From assembly GCA_902798825.1 (NCBI GenBank), contig CADBYI010000003.1, positions 1,993 to 65,992 of the forward strand: a stretch of 64,000 nucleotides of DNA, given 5' to 3'. The position numbers and the translations under genes were made by a program. This DNA comes from an uncultured Eubacteriales bacterium (GTDB lineage Bacteria; Bacillota; Clostridia; Christensenellales; CAG-138). Numbering within the stretch: the first letter of the stretch is position 1; every line of letters begins with the position of its first letter. This document shows positions 18,245 to 31,289 of this stretch, in pieces. The notes under the pieces were generated by a model that had not been told where the DNA came from, searched no databases, and saw nothing but the letters and a program-made list of their open reading frames with translations.

Positions 18245-18436
18245 TTAATACCCGTATTCCGTGTGGACGATGGACCCGTCCACGGCGTTGAGGATCAGGG
18301 CCTCCTGCATGATCTGGGGGTTGTCCCGGTTGACGGCCTGTACATCGTTCCAGGTGAAGAAGACCACTCAGCAGGGCATCTCATAGAAGTTGTCGCTGTC
18401 CCTCACCCACACGGTGCAGGTTGTAATGTTTCTCAT
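18245..18436 (-). pseudogene. Small ORF interrupted by an in-frame TGA (relic or recoded gene)
   Basis: MRNITTCTVWVRDSDNFYEMPC-TGA(18368..18370)-VVFFTWNDVQAVNRDNPQIMQEALILNAVDGSIVHTEYGY*. No SD. The ATG lies 6 nt after the upstream terminator T-run. Confidence 0.3.
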
Positions 18437-18441
18437 GGTAC

Positions 18442-18472
18442 AAAAAAGAGACGTTCCGGGAGAAACGTCTCT
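18442..18472 (-). terminator. Intrinsic terminator after the ABC-2 permease gene
   Basis: Minus strand reads AGAGACGTT-TCTCCCGG-AACGTCTCT followed by TTTTTTG. Confidence 0.75.
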
Positions 18473-18492
18473 TTGGGGGACAAAAGCCACGC

Positions 18493-19437
18493 TTATCGCT
18501 TGTCCCGGTCGATGAACTCCAGGGAGATCACCGCCACAGTGACGGCAAAGAGGATCAGCCCCAGCAGAGCAGCCCACTTCAGAAGCATGGCGTCGGGATC
18601 GCTGGCATAGGCGGCGATCCGGCTATTTTCGCCTGACCACTTCAGGAACTCGTCTACACGCCCTTCCGTTTCTACCTTTGCAAGGAGGGTGAGAATGGGT
18701 TTGGTGCCCATATACTCCACATCCTTGAACCTGAATATGGTGTTCCAAAGGGTCACCATGGGCTGCTCATTATAGCGGCCGATAGCGCAGATGCTCTCCA
18801 TGCCCCAACGGGAGACGGTAAAACCGGTCAGCTTTTGGGCAATGCCTTGAAGCTCAAAGAAAGCCCCAGAAAAGACCAGTTGAAAAATCAACATAAAGGG
18901 CATGACTGTCATGGCCATAGTGGTATTGCGAACCAGGGCGGAAAGCATGAGAGCGAGCATATCCGCTGCGTAAATGATCAAAAGGATGGAGATAGCCATG
19001 TCCACCTCACCAAAGGGAGTGATGATTCCCCTGGTGGGAAAGTTAACGCCCACCATGTTGCAAATAACCATGGTGACCACGGTCTGGGCCATACAGAGAA
19101 GGAGCTGATAGAGCATGTGGGAAGCCACATAGGACGTGATGTGCAATCCCGCCCGATGTTCCCGTTTCAGGATATCTCGTTCCCGGCAGATGACCTGAAT
19201 GGAGTTGAAAAAGCCGTTCCAGATACACACACAGGTCAAAGAGAAGGCCCCGTTGAAAGTGCCCTCCTGGGTGACGAACATATTCTGTCCCACCACGAAG
19301 GTGACCACCGCTGCGATAAAAGCCCCCATGGGCAGCACCTTCCAGTCGTTCTGATAGATGAACATGCGCAGAAGTTTGCCCAGATAGATGCCGGTTTGCA
19401 CCAGGCGGCCCGTATGCTTTGCATCCTTTTCTTTCAC
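18493..19437 (-). CDS. ABC-2 type transporter permease
   Basis: 314 aa with a cytoplasmic N-terminus followed by about 6 TM segments. 4-nt overlap with the upstream ATPase gene. Confidence 0.75.
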   Translation of the reverse strand: MKEKDAKHTGRLVQTGIYLGKLLRMFIYQNDWKVLPMGAFIAAVVTFVVGQNMFVTQEGTFNGAFSLTCVCIWNGFFNSIQVICRERDILKREHRAGLHITSYVASHMLYQLLLCMAQTVVTMVICNMVGVNFPTRGIITPFGEVDMAISILLIIYAADMLALMLSALVRNTTMAMTVMPFMLIFQLVFSGAFFELQGIAQKLTGFTVSRWGMESICAIGRYNEQPMVTLWNTIFRFKDVEYMGTKPILTLLAKVETEGRVDEFLKWSGENSRIAAYASDPDAMLLKWAALLGLILFAVTVAVISLEFIDRDKR

Positions 19438-20789
19438 GCAGCTTCGCCCCCTTCCCGTTCGCGGGTCAGCTCCGCATAGCGCTCAATGAACTGGTCCGCC
19501 AGCCCCTCGCCGCCGTCCTCCTTGCGGTTGACGCTCAAAACGATCTGCTCCATGCTGTCCCGGCCGAAGAAGGCTTTGGCTTCCTCCGGGTTGCCGTAGA
19601 AGGCCAGTCGGTCCACCCGGCCGGAGTCCTTGGCCAGAACGATCACCTTGTCGAAAAGGTCAATGACCCGATCCGGCGTATGGGTAATGACCATAACGAT
19701 CTTGCCAGTGTCTGCAATCTCCCGGAGCTTAGCGAAAATCTCCCGGGCAATGACCCCGTCCAGGCCAGAATCCGGCTCGTCGAGAACAAACAGCTCCGGG
19801 TCCATGACCAGCTCCATGGCAATGGAGATACGCCTGAGTTGGCCGCCGGATTTTTTTGAAACCAGCCCTTCGCTTCCAGCGTAAAGGCCCAGCAAGTCCA
19901 GGACCTCATGGACTTTTTGGTTCCGTTCCTTGCCCTTGACATTTCGGGGCAGCCGCATCTTAGCCGCGTCCCCCACGGTGCGGATGACGGTGTCGGAGCC
20001 CCGGATCAGATTCTGCTGGGGCACGAAGCCGATGCGATACTTCATCTCATCATATTTCTTATATACGTCCTCCCCGTTCAAAAGAATGGTGGCATCAGCC
20101 TTTTCATAGCCGATCAGCGCATTCACTAACGTGGTTTTGCCGGCGCCGGACCCGCCCAGCAGCAGTACAAGGGAGCCGTTAGGGATGTCCATGGCGATAT
20201 CCTTCAGCAGATACCGCTTTTTACCAAAATCCTTCACCATCCGCTCCCGCACGTCGATGGATATACCAGAGGCGGAGGCTGTCTTCCTTCTGGCAATGCT
20301 GGTGCCCGTGACCGCAGGCTCAGTGCCCGCCTCCCATTCCTCCATAAATTCTGCAGTATGCTGAGGCTGATACTTCTTTTTGAAGCCCAAGATGAGCCAA
20401 GCCACCCCGTTGAACAGCAGAAAGAGGATGATCCACCGTTTCCGTAGGTCGAAAATGGAGATAAGCCGTAGGTCTAAGCGAAGGCTGTAGACCAGCAAGG
20501 TGATAATGCCTACCAGCGTCAGCAAGGCTCCAGCCAGCTGCGCTCTTTCTCCGGCAGTGGAAAAGAAGGTCGATAAAAAGAATAAAACCACCTCCAAAGC
20601 GCCGCAGAGAGCGCCGGACAGGGGTAGCTCCACTGTCTTCCCAAACGCATAGTATCTAAGTCCGGGAATCCAACTGTGCCAAGGATGCTTATAGTTTAAC
20701 TTCCTGAAAACCCGCTGCATGCCGACGGCAAACATCATCCATTCCAAGACAGAGCGAACCAGGCTTATAGGCGGCATATCGAATTTCAT
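19434..20789 (-). CDS. ABC transporter ATP-binding protein with an N-terminal ~190-aa membrane domain
   Basis: Walker A GGSGAGKTT, signature SGGQLRR, Walker B LFVLDEPDSGLD, preceded by about 4 TM helices. Confidence 0.85.
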   Translation of the reverse strand: MKFDMPPISLVRSVLEWMMFAVGMQRVFRKLNYKHPWHSWIPGLRYYAFGKTVELPLSGALCGALEVVLFFLSTFFSTAGERAQLAGALLTLVGIITLLVYSLRLDLRLISIFDLRKRWIILFLLFNGVAWLILGFKKKYQPQHTAEFMEEWEAGTEPAVTGTSIARRKTASASGISIDVRERMVKDFGKKRYLLKDIAMDIPNGSLVLLLGGSGAGKTTLVNALIGYEKADATILLNGEDVYKKYDEMKYRIGFVPQQNLIRGSDTVIRTVGDAAKMRLPRNVKGKERNQKVHEVLDLLGLYAGSEGLVSKKSGGQLRRISIAMELVMDPELFVLDEPDSGLDGVIAREIFAKLREIADTGKIVMVITHTPDRVIDLFDKVIVLAKDSGRVDRLAFYGNPEEAKAFFGRDSMEQIVLSVNRKEDGGEGLADQFIERYAELTREREGGEAA

Positions 20790-20891
20790 TTTTCTTCTTT
20801 CCCGTTTTTGCTTTTTGTGTAGACCTATTCCATATTTTTCTCGATTATACCCGTTAATCCTCTTCCTGTCTATAGACTTCCTTCTTCAAAT

Positions 20892-20925
20892 CCGAAATAA
20901 CGAGGCGCCCCGTTTGGGGCGCCTC
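20892..20925 (-). terminator. Intrinsic terminator after the PFOR gene
   Basis: Minus strand reads GAGGCGCCCC-AAAC-GGGGCGCCTC followed by GTTATTTCGG. Confidence 0.65.
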
Positions 20926-20948
20926 CGTTTGGGTTGGATGGATCGGAC

Positions 20949-24494
<3,546 letters not shown>

Positions 24495-24527
24495 TTAGGG
24501 CCCTATACGCCCTTATAATCCACGTAT

Positions 24528-24556
24528 ATTATAGGCATTCTCCCTTCCCCTGTCAA
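24528..24556 (-). promoter_or_regulatory. Consensus sigma-70-type promoter of the PFOR gene
   Basis: Minus strand reads TTGACA (24551..24556), exactly 17 nt, TATAAT (24528..24533). Confidence 0.75.
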
Positions 24557-24694
24557 GGAAAACCCAGCCTTTCCTGCTGGATTTTGCAGGAAATGATGCA
24601 CAAAAAAAAGGCGCACAAAGGGGCGTGCCAAGCGGATGAGGGAAAAAGAGCAACTCCTGCTGAGAGATGCGCCGGCAGCAGCCGGATTATCCTT

Positions 24695-25315
24695 TCATAA
24701 CAGATCAAGCAGTTGCGAAAGCTGTGATATTGTATGCTCCGGTATTTCATCGTCCGACTGAGGTTCGTGGTATGCGCCCAGTCCGCGCTTCAAGCGAACC
24801 GAGTGGATGCCAAGGCGATTTGCCGGTGCCATGTCATTATCCATGCGGTCGCCAACCATAACCGCGTTTTGCGGACAGCAACCCGCTTGCTTCAGCGCCC
24901 ATTCAAAAATCGCCGGATCCGGCTTTGCCACACCGAGTTCTGCGGACGCAGCGATGATATCAAAGAATTGGTGCAGATTCCAGTTTTTCAGGCGTCGCTC
25001 TGTGCCGTAGTTCTGATTGGCGATCACACCGAGTTTATACCCGCGCCGCTTCAGCTCTGTCAGGGTCGGAACAGCATCAGGGTAGGGAATCTCGTCCTCG
25101 TTGTGCCACGGTGTCTTGGTCAGACCAAAGTATTCCATTGCAGACAGGTCACCGTTTCGGCCTTTTCGGATCATCTCAAGGCGTTTTTCACGATACGCTT
25201 CCTCTGTGACATCCGTACCTGAAATCATCTCTTTGATTCGCCGAGTGTCTGCTGCTGTTTCGTCAATCAAAGTTGAACCAAGGTCAAGGAAAACCCACTT
25301 TACTGTCAAAAGCAT
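24695..25315 (-). CDS. HAD-superfamily hydrolase (subfamily IA-like)
   Basis: 206 aa. Motif I FLDLGSTLIDE and motif IV VGDRMDNDM. Confidence 0.8.
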   Translation of the reverse strand: MLLTVKWVFLDLGSTLIDETAADTRRIKEMISGTDVTEEAYREKRLEMIRKGRNGDLSAMEYFGLTKTPWHNEDEIPYPDAVPTLTELKRRGYKLGVIANQNYGTERRLKNWNLHQFFDIIAASAELGVAKPDPAIFEWALKQAGCCPQNAVMVGDRMDNDMAPANRLGIHSVRLKRGLGAYHEPQSDDEIPEHTISQLSQLLDLL

Positions 25316-25431
25316 ATCGCTCTACTCCATAAACTCCGTTTTTTCGCCGTCACCTCTTAGGCATGATGGATACTGAATTATAGCCGGGCTCTGCGTATAA
25401 TTCAACAAAAAGCTATCAATCGCATCATGGG

Positions 25432-25471
25432 CAAAAAGAAACCGGCAGGCATCGGAAGGTGCCTGCCGGTT
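25432..25471 (-). terminator. Intrinsic terminator after ispH-rpsA
   Basis: Minus strand reads AACCGGCAGGCA-CCTTCCGA-TGCCTGCCGGTT (12-bp stem) followed by TCTTTTTG. Confidence 0.85.
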
Positions 25472-25491
25472 CGTTGTTCGGTTGGTTCAGC

Positions 25492-27918
25492 TTACTCCTC
25501 GGTCTTGAAGCCGGCGAACAGGTCGGCCAGGCTCGTGGTGGTGCTGGTCACCGGGGGCAGCTCGTAATCGCCATCCTCGCTGTTGCGGCGGCGGCGGTCC
25601 GGCCGGGACTCCCGGCGCTCGTCGTTGGCGGGACGCTCGCTGGAAGTGGGGCGCTCGCTCCGGGGACGACGCTCGCCACCGCTCTGGGCGGCGTTCTCGC
25701 GCTGGGCCCGGCGCTCCTGATAGATACGCTCCTTCTCGGCCCGCTCTGCGGCGATCTGCTCGGCGATCTCGGGATGCTCCTCCAGGGTGGCTTCCTTGCG
25801 GGAGAGGGAGATACGCTTGGCCTCGGGGTTCACCTCCAGGACCTTGCAGCGGACGATGTCGCCCACCTTCAGCTCGTCCTCCACCTTCTCGATGCGGCGG
25901 GTGGCCACCTGGGAGATGTGGATGAGGCCGTCGATGGTGGGTTCAAGGGCCACGAAGGCGCCGAAGGGAACGATGCGGACAACCTTGCCCTCCACGATGG
26001 TGCCTACGGGGTACTTTTCACCGGCCATGGTCCAGGGCTTGGGCTGAAGCTGCTTGTAGCCCAGGGAGATGCGCTTCTTTTCCTTGTCGACACCCAGGAT
26101 CAGCACGTCGATCTCCTGGTTGACGCTGAACACGTCGGAGGGGTGCTTGACCCGGCCCCAGGCCGCGTCGGTCACATGGACGAGGCCGTCCAAACCGCCG
26201 ATGTCCACGAAAGCGCCGAAGTCGGTGATCCGGCGGACGATGCCGTGGATCTTGGAGCCGACCACCAGGGCGTCCCACTTCTCCTGCTCACGAGCGGCGG
26301 CCTCCTCCAGAAGCACCTGCTTGATGGAGGCCACGATGCGCTTGCGCTGCTTGTCGATCTCCAAGACCTTGACCTTTACTTCCTTGCCCACGTACTCGCT
26401 GAGATTCTCAACATATTTGGTGGAAACGTGCGAAGCGGGGATAAAGGCGCGGACACCGCCCTCCATCTCGGCGATCAGGCCGCCCTTGACGACTTCCTTC
26501 ACCACCGCTTCGAAGGTCTTGCCCTCGGTCTCCTCAGCCATGAGATCGTCCCAGAACTTCTTGCTCTGGACGTTCTTCCGGGAAAGAAGCACGTTGCCCT
26601 CGCCGTCGTTCACCTTAACGACCTCAACATCGATCTCGTCGCCTTCCTTCACATCGATCTCGGCCTCGGGATCGGTGGAGAACTCGGCGCGGGGAATGTA
26701 GCCGTCGGACTTGTAGCCCACGTTGACCAGGATCTCACTGTCGGTGATGCCGATGACGGTACCGGTGACGATCTGGCCGGGGCGAATCCGGCGGATGGAG
26801 CTGTCGATGGCCTGCTGGAAGTCCTCGGCGGCGTCCTTCACGGGCGCGGCAGCTTCCTTGACTTCTTCGGCCACGGTCTCCACGGTCTCCTCTGCCTTGG
26901 CAGCCACTTCTTCAGCGGCCTGCTCAACAGCTTCTTCTGCCTTCACGACGACTTCCTCAGCCTTCTCAACGGCAGCGACAACGGGTTCTTCGGCCGCAAC
27001 AACAGCTTCTTCCACGGCCTTTTCGGTGGTTTCGGCGACTACCTCGGCGGGAGCTTCCGCTTCATTGGTGTCGATCGTCGTCTTTTCGAGTTCGCTCATT
27101 CCTTGTATAACCTCCATAATCATGGGGTCTGGCGTCGATGCGCCTGTGACCAAGCCTATTATATCATCCAATTTAAATATTTCAAGAGGAATTTTGCCGA
27201 TATCGTCTATCATTTTGGTGTCCAGACAGTGGATTTTACATAAATTCGCCAAGGCAAGGGTATTGGCGCTCTGTCCGGAGCCCAGCACCAGCATCTTCGT
27301 GCACCGGCGGGACAACCCCTCCGCCTCCTCCTGGCGGGTCCGGGTGGTGCGGCAGATGGTGTCGTGGACCACCAGATCGGGTACGCGGCGCTTGAGCACG
27401 GCAGCGATATCTTCGAAGGTTTTTTCGGACAGGGTGGTCTGGGCCACCAGGCAGCCGCCGTCGCCTAACTCTACCTGCTCCGCCTCCTCGGGGGTCTCCA
27501 AAATGATCGCCCTATCCTGGGCCCAGCCGGCGGTGCCGATGACCTCTGGATGGGTTCGCTTGCCAGCGATGTATACGGGGATACCTCCTTTGGCCGCAGC
27601 CTCGACGATGGGATGGATGCGGTGTACGAAGGGACAGGTGGCGTCCACGGTGCGGATGCCCCGCTTCCCGCAGTCCGCGAACAGGGACGGTGGCGCGCCG
27701 TGGGCCCGGATGATCAGGGTGTCCCCAGCCTCCAATCCGTCCAGCGTCTCCACCGGCAGAATGCCCTCCGCTGCCAGATCCCGGATCACGGTTTCGTTGT
27801 GGATCAGCTTGCCCCAGGTATAGACCCTGCCCCGTTCCCGGGCTTCCTTCCTGGCCAGCTCCACCGCCCGACGCACGCCGAAGCAGAACCCGGCGTTCTT
27901 CGCCACGATGACCCTCAT
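25492..27918 (-). CDS. ispH-rpsA: Bifunctional 4-hydroxy-3-methylbut-2-enyl diphosphate reductase (IspH) / 30S ribosomal protein S1 fusion
   Basis: The N-terminal ~280 aa are LytB/IspH-like (MRVIVAKNAGFCFGVRRAV...). An A/E/V-rich linker follows, then four S1 OB-fold repeats (e.g. GSKIHGIVRRITDFGAFVDI, GTIVEGKVVRIVPFGAFVAL) and an R/E-rich tail. Confidence 0.9.
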   Translation of the reverse strand: MRVIVAKNAGFCFGVRRAVELARKEARERGRVYTWGKLIHNETVIRDLAAEGILPVETLDGLEAGDTLIIRAHGAPPSLFADCGKRGIRTVDATCPFVHRIHPIVEAAAKGGIPVYIAGKRTHPEVIGTAGWAQDRAIILETPEEAEQVELGDGGCLVAQTTLSEKTFEDIAAVLKRRVPDLVVHDTICRTTRTRQEEAEGLSRRCTKMLVLGSGQSANTLALANLCKIHCLDTKMIDDIGKIPLEIFKLDDIIGLVTGASTPDPMIMEVIQGMSELEKTTIDTNEAEAPAEVVAETTEKAVEEAVVAAEEPVVAAVEKAEEVVVKAEEAVEQAAEEVAAKAEETVETVAEEVKEAAAPVKDAAEDFQQAIDSSIRRIRPGQIVTGTVIGITDSEILVNVGYKSDGYIPRAEFSTDPEAEIDVKEGDEIDVEVVKVNDGEGNVLLSRKNVQSKKFWDDLMAEETEGKTFEAVVKEVVKGGLIAEMEGGVRAFIPASHVSTKYVENLSEYVGKEVKVKVLEIDKQRKRIVASIKQVLLEEAAAREQEKWDALVVGSKIHGIVRRITDFGAFVDIGGLDGLVHVTDAAWGRVKHPSDVFSVNQEIDVLILGVDKEKKRISLGYKQLQPKPWTMAGEKYPVGTIVEGKVVRIVPFGAFVALEPTIDGLIHISQVATRRIEKVEDELKVGDIVRCKVLEVNPEAKRISLSRKEATLEEHPEIAEQIAAERAEKERIYQERRAQRENAAQSGGERRPRSERPTSSERPANDERRESRPDRRRRNSEDGDYELPPVTSTTTSLADLFAGFKTEE

Positions 27919-28541
27919 ACCTTGCGCCTCTGTCGCAGGGGGATCATATCCTCTGTCTCCGCCCGCAGGGTGTTAAGGGTATCCACGATCCGATCGGTCA
28001 GGGCGTCCACGGGCTTTTGGCCGGGGCAGCTGCTCTTCACTTCCTCGGGAACGATCCGCTCCCCCACCGTCACTCGCAGGTGCATCCGCTTCCAGCTCAA
28101 GGGGTCCATGTAGAGGGGAATGATGGGAACGTTGGCCCGAAGGGCAATGAAGGCAGCACCCTTCTCAAAGGAGTCCATCTCCGTGTACAGCGGGGAGCGA
28201 TGGCCCTCCGGATAGATGCCGAAGGCGTACCCGTCATTCAAAAGACCGATGGCCCGCTTCACGGGGCCCAGCCGAGAGCCCCCTTCCTCCCCTGCCGGGA
28301 CCATGTAAAGGCTCCGGAAGAAAGCGTTGGACAGGGGCTTTGCAAACAGCTTTTCCAGGGCCATGAACCGGATCACCCGGGGGCTGATGGCGGCCAGAGC
28401 CACGGCGTCCGCCAGGGAGAAATGATTGCACAGATACATGACCGGTCCCTTGGAGCGCAAGCCCTTCCAATTGTGGATCACTGGCCGAAAGATGAGCCAG
28501 AAGAATGGGGCGATGACGATCTTTCCGAACCAATACAGCAT
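27915..28541 (-). CDS. plsC: 1-acyl-sn-glycerol-3-phosphate acyltransferase
   Basis: 208 aa with NHFSLAD (HxxxxD) and IYPEGHRS (PEGxR) acyltransferase motifs. Confidence 0.85.
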   Translation of the reverse strand: MLYWFGKIVIAPFFWLIFRPVIHNWKGLRSKGPVMYLCNHFSLADAVALAAISPRVIRFMALEKLFAKPLSNAFFRSLYMVPAGEEGGSRLGPVKRAIGLLNDGYAFGIYPEGHRSPLYTEMDSFEKGAAFIALRANVPIIPLYMDPLSWKRMHLRVTVGERIVPEEVKSSCPGQKPVDALTDRIVDTLNTLRAETEDMIPLRQRRKV

Positions 28542-29209
28542 TATTTGGCCTCCAATGCCTTTAGGACCGCTTCCACGGCCTCGTCGATGGTCATGTGGGT
28601 GGTGTCGATGAGCACGGCGTCCTCCGCCTGTTTGAGAGGCGCATAGTCCCGATGGCTGTCCTGATAGTCCCGGGCCACGATATCCTTCAGGATAAGCTCA
28701 TAATCGGGCTTTTCCCCCTTCTCCTCCAGCTGGCGCACCCGGCGCATGGCCCGCTCCTCGGCGGTGGCCGTGACATAGAACTTGTAGGGTGTCTCCGGGA
28801 TGACGAAGGTGCCGATCTCCCGGCCGTCCAGGACCGCGTGGGTCTCATGGGCGATGTCCCGCTGCATACCCGCCAGCTTGTCCCGGACGCAGCGGAGCTT
28901 GCTGATAAGGGAAGCGCCCTTGCCGATCTCCTCCTCCCGCAGACGACCCGTTACGTCCTCGCCGTTGACAAAAACGTGCTGGCCGTCGGCCAGATACGCC
29001 ACCCGGATATCCGTCCGGTGCAAAAGCTCGTCCACCTTTTCGGCGTCCGTCAGGGACACGCCCTCTCCGAGAGCGCACAGGGCCATGGCCCTGTACATGG
29101 CGCCGGTGTCCAGATACGGCAGTCCCAAGCGCTTGGCAACGATCTTGGCGATGGTGCTTTTGCCCGCGCCGGCGGGCCCGTCCAGTGCGATACCGTTGAT
29201 AAACTTCAT
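28541..29209 (-). CDS. cmk: Cytidylate kinase
   Basis: MKFINGIALDGPAGAGKSTIAKIVAKRLGLPYLDTGAMYRA is a typical Cmk N-terminus. The ORF-track upstream extension is Arg/Gly junk. ATGA overlap with the upstream gene. Confidence 0.92.
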   Translation of the reverse strand: MKFINGIALDGPAGAGKSTIAKIVAKRLGLPYLDTGAMYRAMALCALGEGVSLTDAEKVDELLHRTDIRVAYLADGQHVFVNGEDVTGRLREEEIGKGASLISKLRCVRDKLAGMQRDIAHETHAVLDGREIGTFVIPETPYKFYVTATAEERAMRRVRQLEEKGEKPDYELILKDIVARDYQDSHRDYAPLKQAEDAVLIDTTHMTIDEAVEAVLKALEAK

Positions 29210-30429
29210 ATGCTGCCTCCTGCCAATGCGCCTGTGGACCAGGCGATCTGTAAGTTGAAGCCGCCGGTAAAGGCGTCCACGTCCAATATTTCCCCGGCCA
29301 GAACCAGGCCGGAAACCAGCTTCGATTCCAGGGTGGAGGGCTTGACCTCCTTCACGCTGACGCCGCCCCGGGTGATCACGGCCTCCGAAAAGGGCCGGGC
29401 GCCCTTGACGGTCAGGGGCATGCCCTTGAGGGCGGCGACCATAGCCTGTCGCTGCTCCTTCGTAAAGGAGGAGGCAGGCGCCCAAGGCTCTATGCGGGCC
29501 TGGTCGAACACGGCGTCCAGGAGCCTCGTGGGCAGCACGCCGGAAAAGGCCCCGCCCACCGCCTTTTTGGGGTTCTCCTGAATCAGGCGCTGGAGCCGGG
29601 CATGCAGCTCCTCCGCCGGAATGGCGGGCTTCAAATCGATCGTCAGCTCCGTTCCCGCCGGGTCCTCGGCGATATAGGCTGAGGCGGTGAGCACCAGGGG
29701 CCCGGACACACCGAAATGGGTCAGCAGCATCTCCCCCTGTTCGGAATAGACGGTTTTTCCGTTCTTCTTGACCGTCAACCGCACGTTCTTCAGCGTGATG
29801 CCGGAGAGAGCGAAGGGCCAGCTTTCCACGGTTTCAAGCGGCACCAGGGACGGAAAGAGGCCCGTCACGGTGTGGCCCAGGGCTTTGGCCATGCGGAACC
29901 CGGCCCCCGTGGAGCCGGTGGAAGGGTAGCTTAGGCCCCCGGTGGTCAAGATGACCCGGTCAAAGCTTTCCACGCCGCGATCGGTACGAACGCCCACGGC
30001 GGCGCCGTCTCGCGTCAAAATTTCCTGTGCATCCGCATGCAGGCGGATATCCACTCCCGCCGTTTTCAGCGCCCGATCCAGGGCTCTCTGCACGTCACTG
30101 GACTTGTCGGAAACGGGAAACACCCTTTGGCCCCGCTCCACCTTCACCGGGCAGCCGTTTCGTTCCAGGAAGGCCATCATGTCCCGCTCGTTGAAAGCGG
30201 CATAGGCGCTGTACAGGAAGCGGGGATTGCGGATCACGTTGGCGAAAAAGCCGTCCCGCCCACAGTCGTTGGTCACGTTGCAGCGTCCCTTGCCGGTGAT
30301 GTACAGCTTCTTGCCCAGCTTCTCGTTCTTTTCCAGGAGGGTGACCCTGTGTCCGTTTTGGGCTGCCACGACCGCCGCCATCTGCCCCGCCGGGCCACCG
30401 CCTATGACCGCCACGGACAGTCGGCTCAT
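29206..30429 (-). CDS. NAD(P)/FAD-dependent oxidoreductase, HI0933/BaiN family flavoprotein
   Basis: Start MSRLSVAVIGGGPAGQMAA (Rossmann fold) and the family motif GKGRCNVTN. 407 aa. Confidence 0.85.
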   Translation of the reverse strand: MSRLSVAVIGGGPAGQMAAVVAAQNGHRVTLLEKNEKLGKKLYITGKGRCNVTNDCGRDGFFANVIRNPRFLYSAYAAFNERDMMAFLERNGCPVKVERGQRVFPVSDKSSDVQRALDRALKTAGVDIRLHADAQEILTRDGAAVGVRTDRGVESFDRVILTTGGLSYPSTGSTGAGFRMAKALGHTVTGLFPSLVPLETVESWPFALSGITLKNVRLTVKKNGKTVYSEQGEMLLTHFGVSGPLVLTASAYIAEDPAGTELTIDLKPAIPAEELHARLQRLIQENPKKAVGGAFSGVLPTRLLDAVFDQARIEPWAPASSFTKEQRQAMVAALKGMPLTVKGARPFSEAVITRGGVSVKEVKPSTLESKLVSGLVLAGEILDVDAFTGGFNLQIAWSTGALAGGSI

Positions 30430-31289
30430 TTGCCGTCCTCCCCATCGGTGAGATAGACCTGGTCCCGGTTCCACACGTTTTCCAGCTCCCGAAGGTGCTC
30501 CTGGACCTCCTTCTCGCTCTGAAGGCCCGCCGCCACGATGATGGCGTTGATGACCGACAGCGGCGCCGTCAGGGAGTCGGCGAAGGAGGCCATGTCGGAT
30601 TTTGCCAGCAGGACCACGTCCGCCATGGCGCCGATGGGTGAATCCTGCTTGTCCGTCAGGGCGATGGTCTTGGCTCCCCGGGACTTGGCGTAGGCCATGG
30701 CCTCGGCGGTGCGGGTGCTGTAGCGAGGGAAGCTGATGCACACGAAGGCGTCCCGATGGTCCATGCGGACCATGGTCTCCCTAAGGTCCTGCAGATTGGC
30801 GGAGAAGGTGATGACGTTGCCGCAGATATAATCAAGGTAATAGGCAAGGAACATGGCCAGGGGCATGGCGGACCGAAGGCCCAGCACATAGACCTTCCGG
30901 GCCTGAAGGATGGTCTCCACGGCTTCCTCGAACTGCTCCTCGTCCGCCATCTCCATGGTGGTGCGGATGGAGCTCATGTCGGTGGTGAGAACGGTTTTGA
31001 ACACCTCGTTCTTCTTGATGCCGGAGGCCAGCTGGGCCCGCTGGACGGAGGTGAGGCGGCCCAGAACCATTTCCTGCATCCGATCCTGAAGGGCCGGATA
31101 GCCGTCCAGGCCCAGGGCATAGGCGAAGCGGACCACAGTGGATTCGGACACGCCCACGGTCTCCCCCAGCCGGGCGGCGGTCATGAAGGCGGCCTGCTCA
31201 TAGCTGGCAGTGATGAAATTAGCGATGCGCTGCTGGCCCTTGGACATACTGGGCAGACGCCTTTGTATTTCGTTCAGGAGGTTATTCAT
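30426..31289 (-). CDS. MurR/RpiR-family transcriptional regulator (HTH + SIS domain)
   Basis: N-terminus MNNLLNEIQRRLPSMSKGQQRIANFI...LGETVGVSESTVVRFAYALG (HTH_6) with a C-terminal SIS-like region. Confidence 0.88.
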   Translation of the reverse strand: MNNLLNEIQRRLPSMSKGQQRIANFITASYEQAAFMTAARLGETVGVSESTVVRFAYALGLDGYPALQDRMQEMVLGRLTSVQRAQLASGIKKNEVFKTVLTTDMSSIRTTMEMADEEQFEEAVETILQARKVYVLGLRSAMPLAMFLAYYLDYICGNVITFSANLQDLRETMVRMDHRDAFVCISFPRYSTRTAEAMAYAKSRGAKTIALTDKQDSPIGAMADVVLLAKSDMASFADSLTAPLSVINAIIVAAGLQSEKEVQEHLRELENVWNRDQVYLTDGEDGK

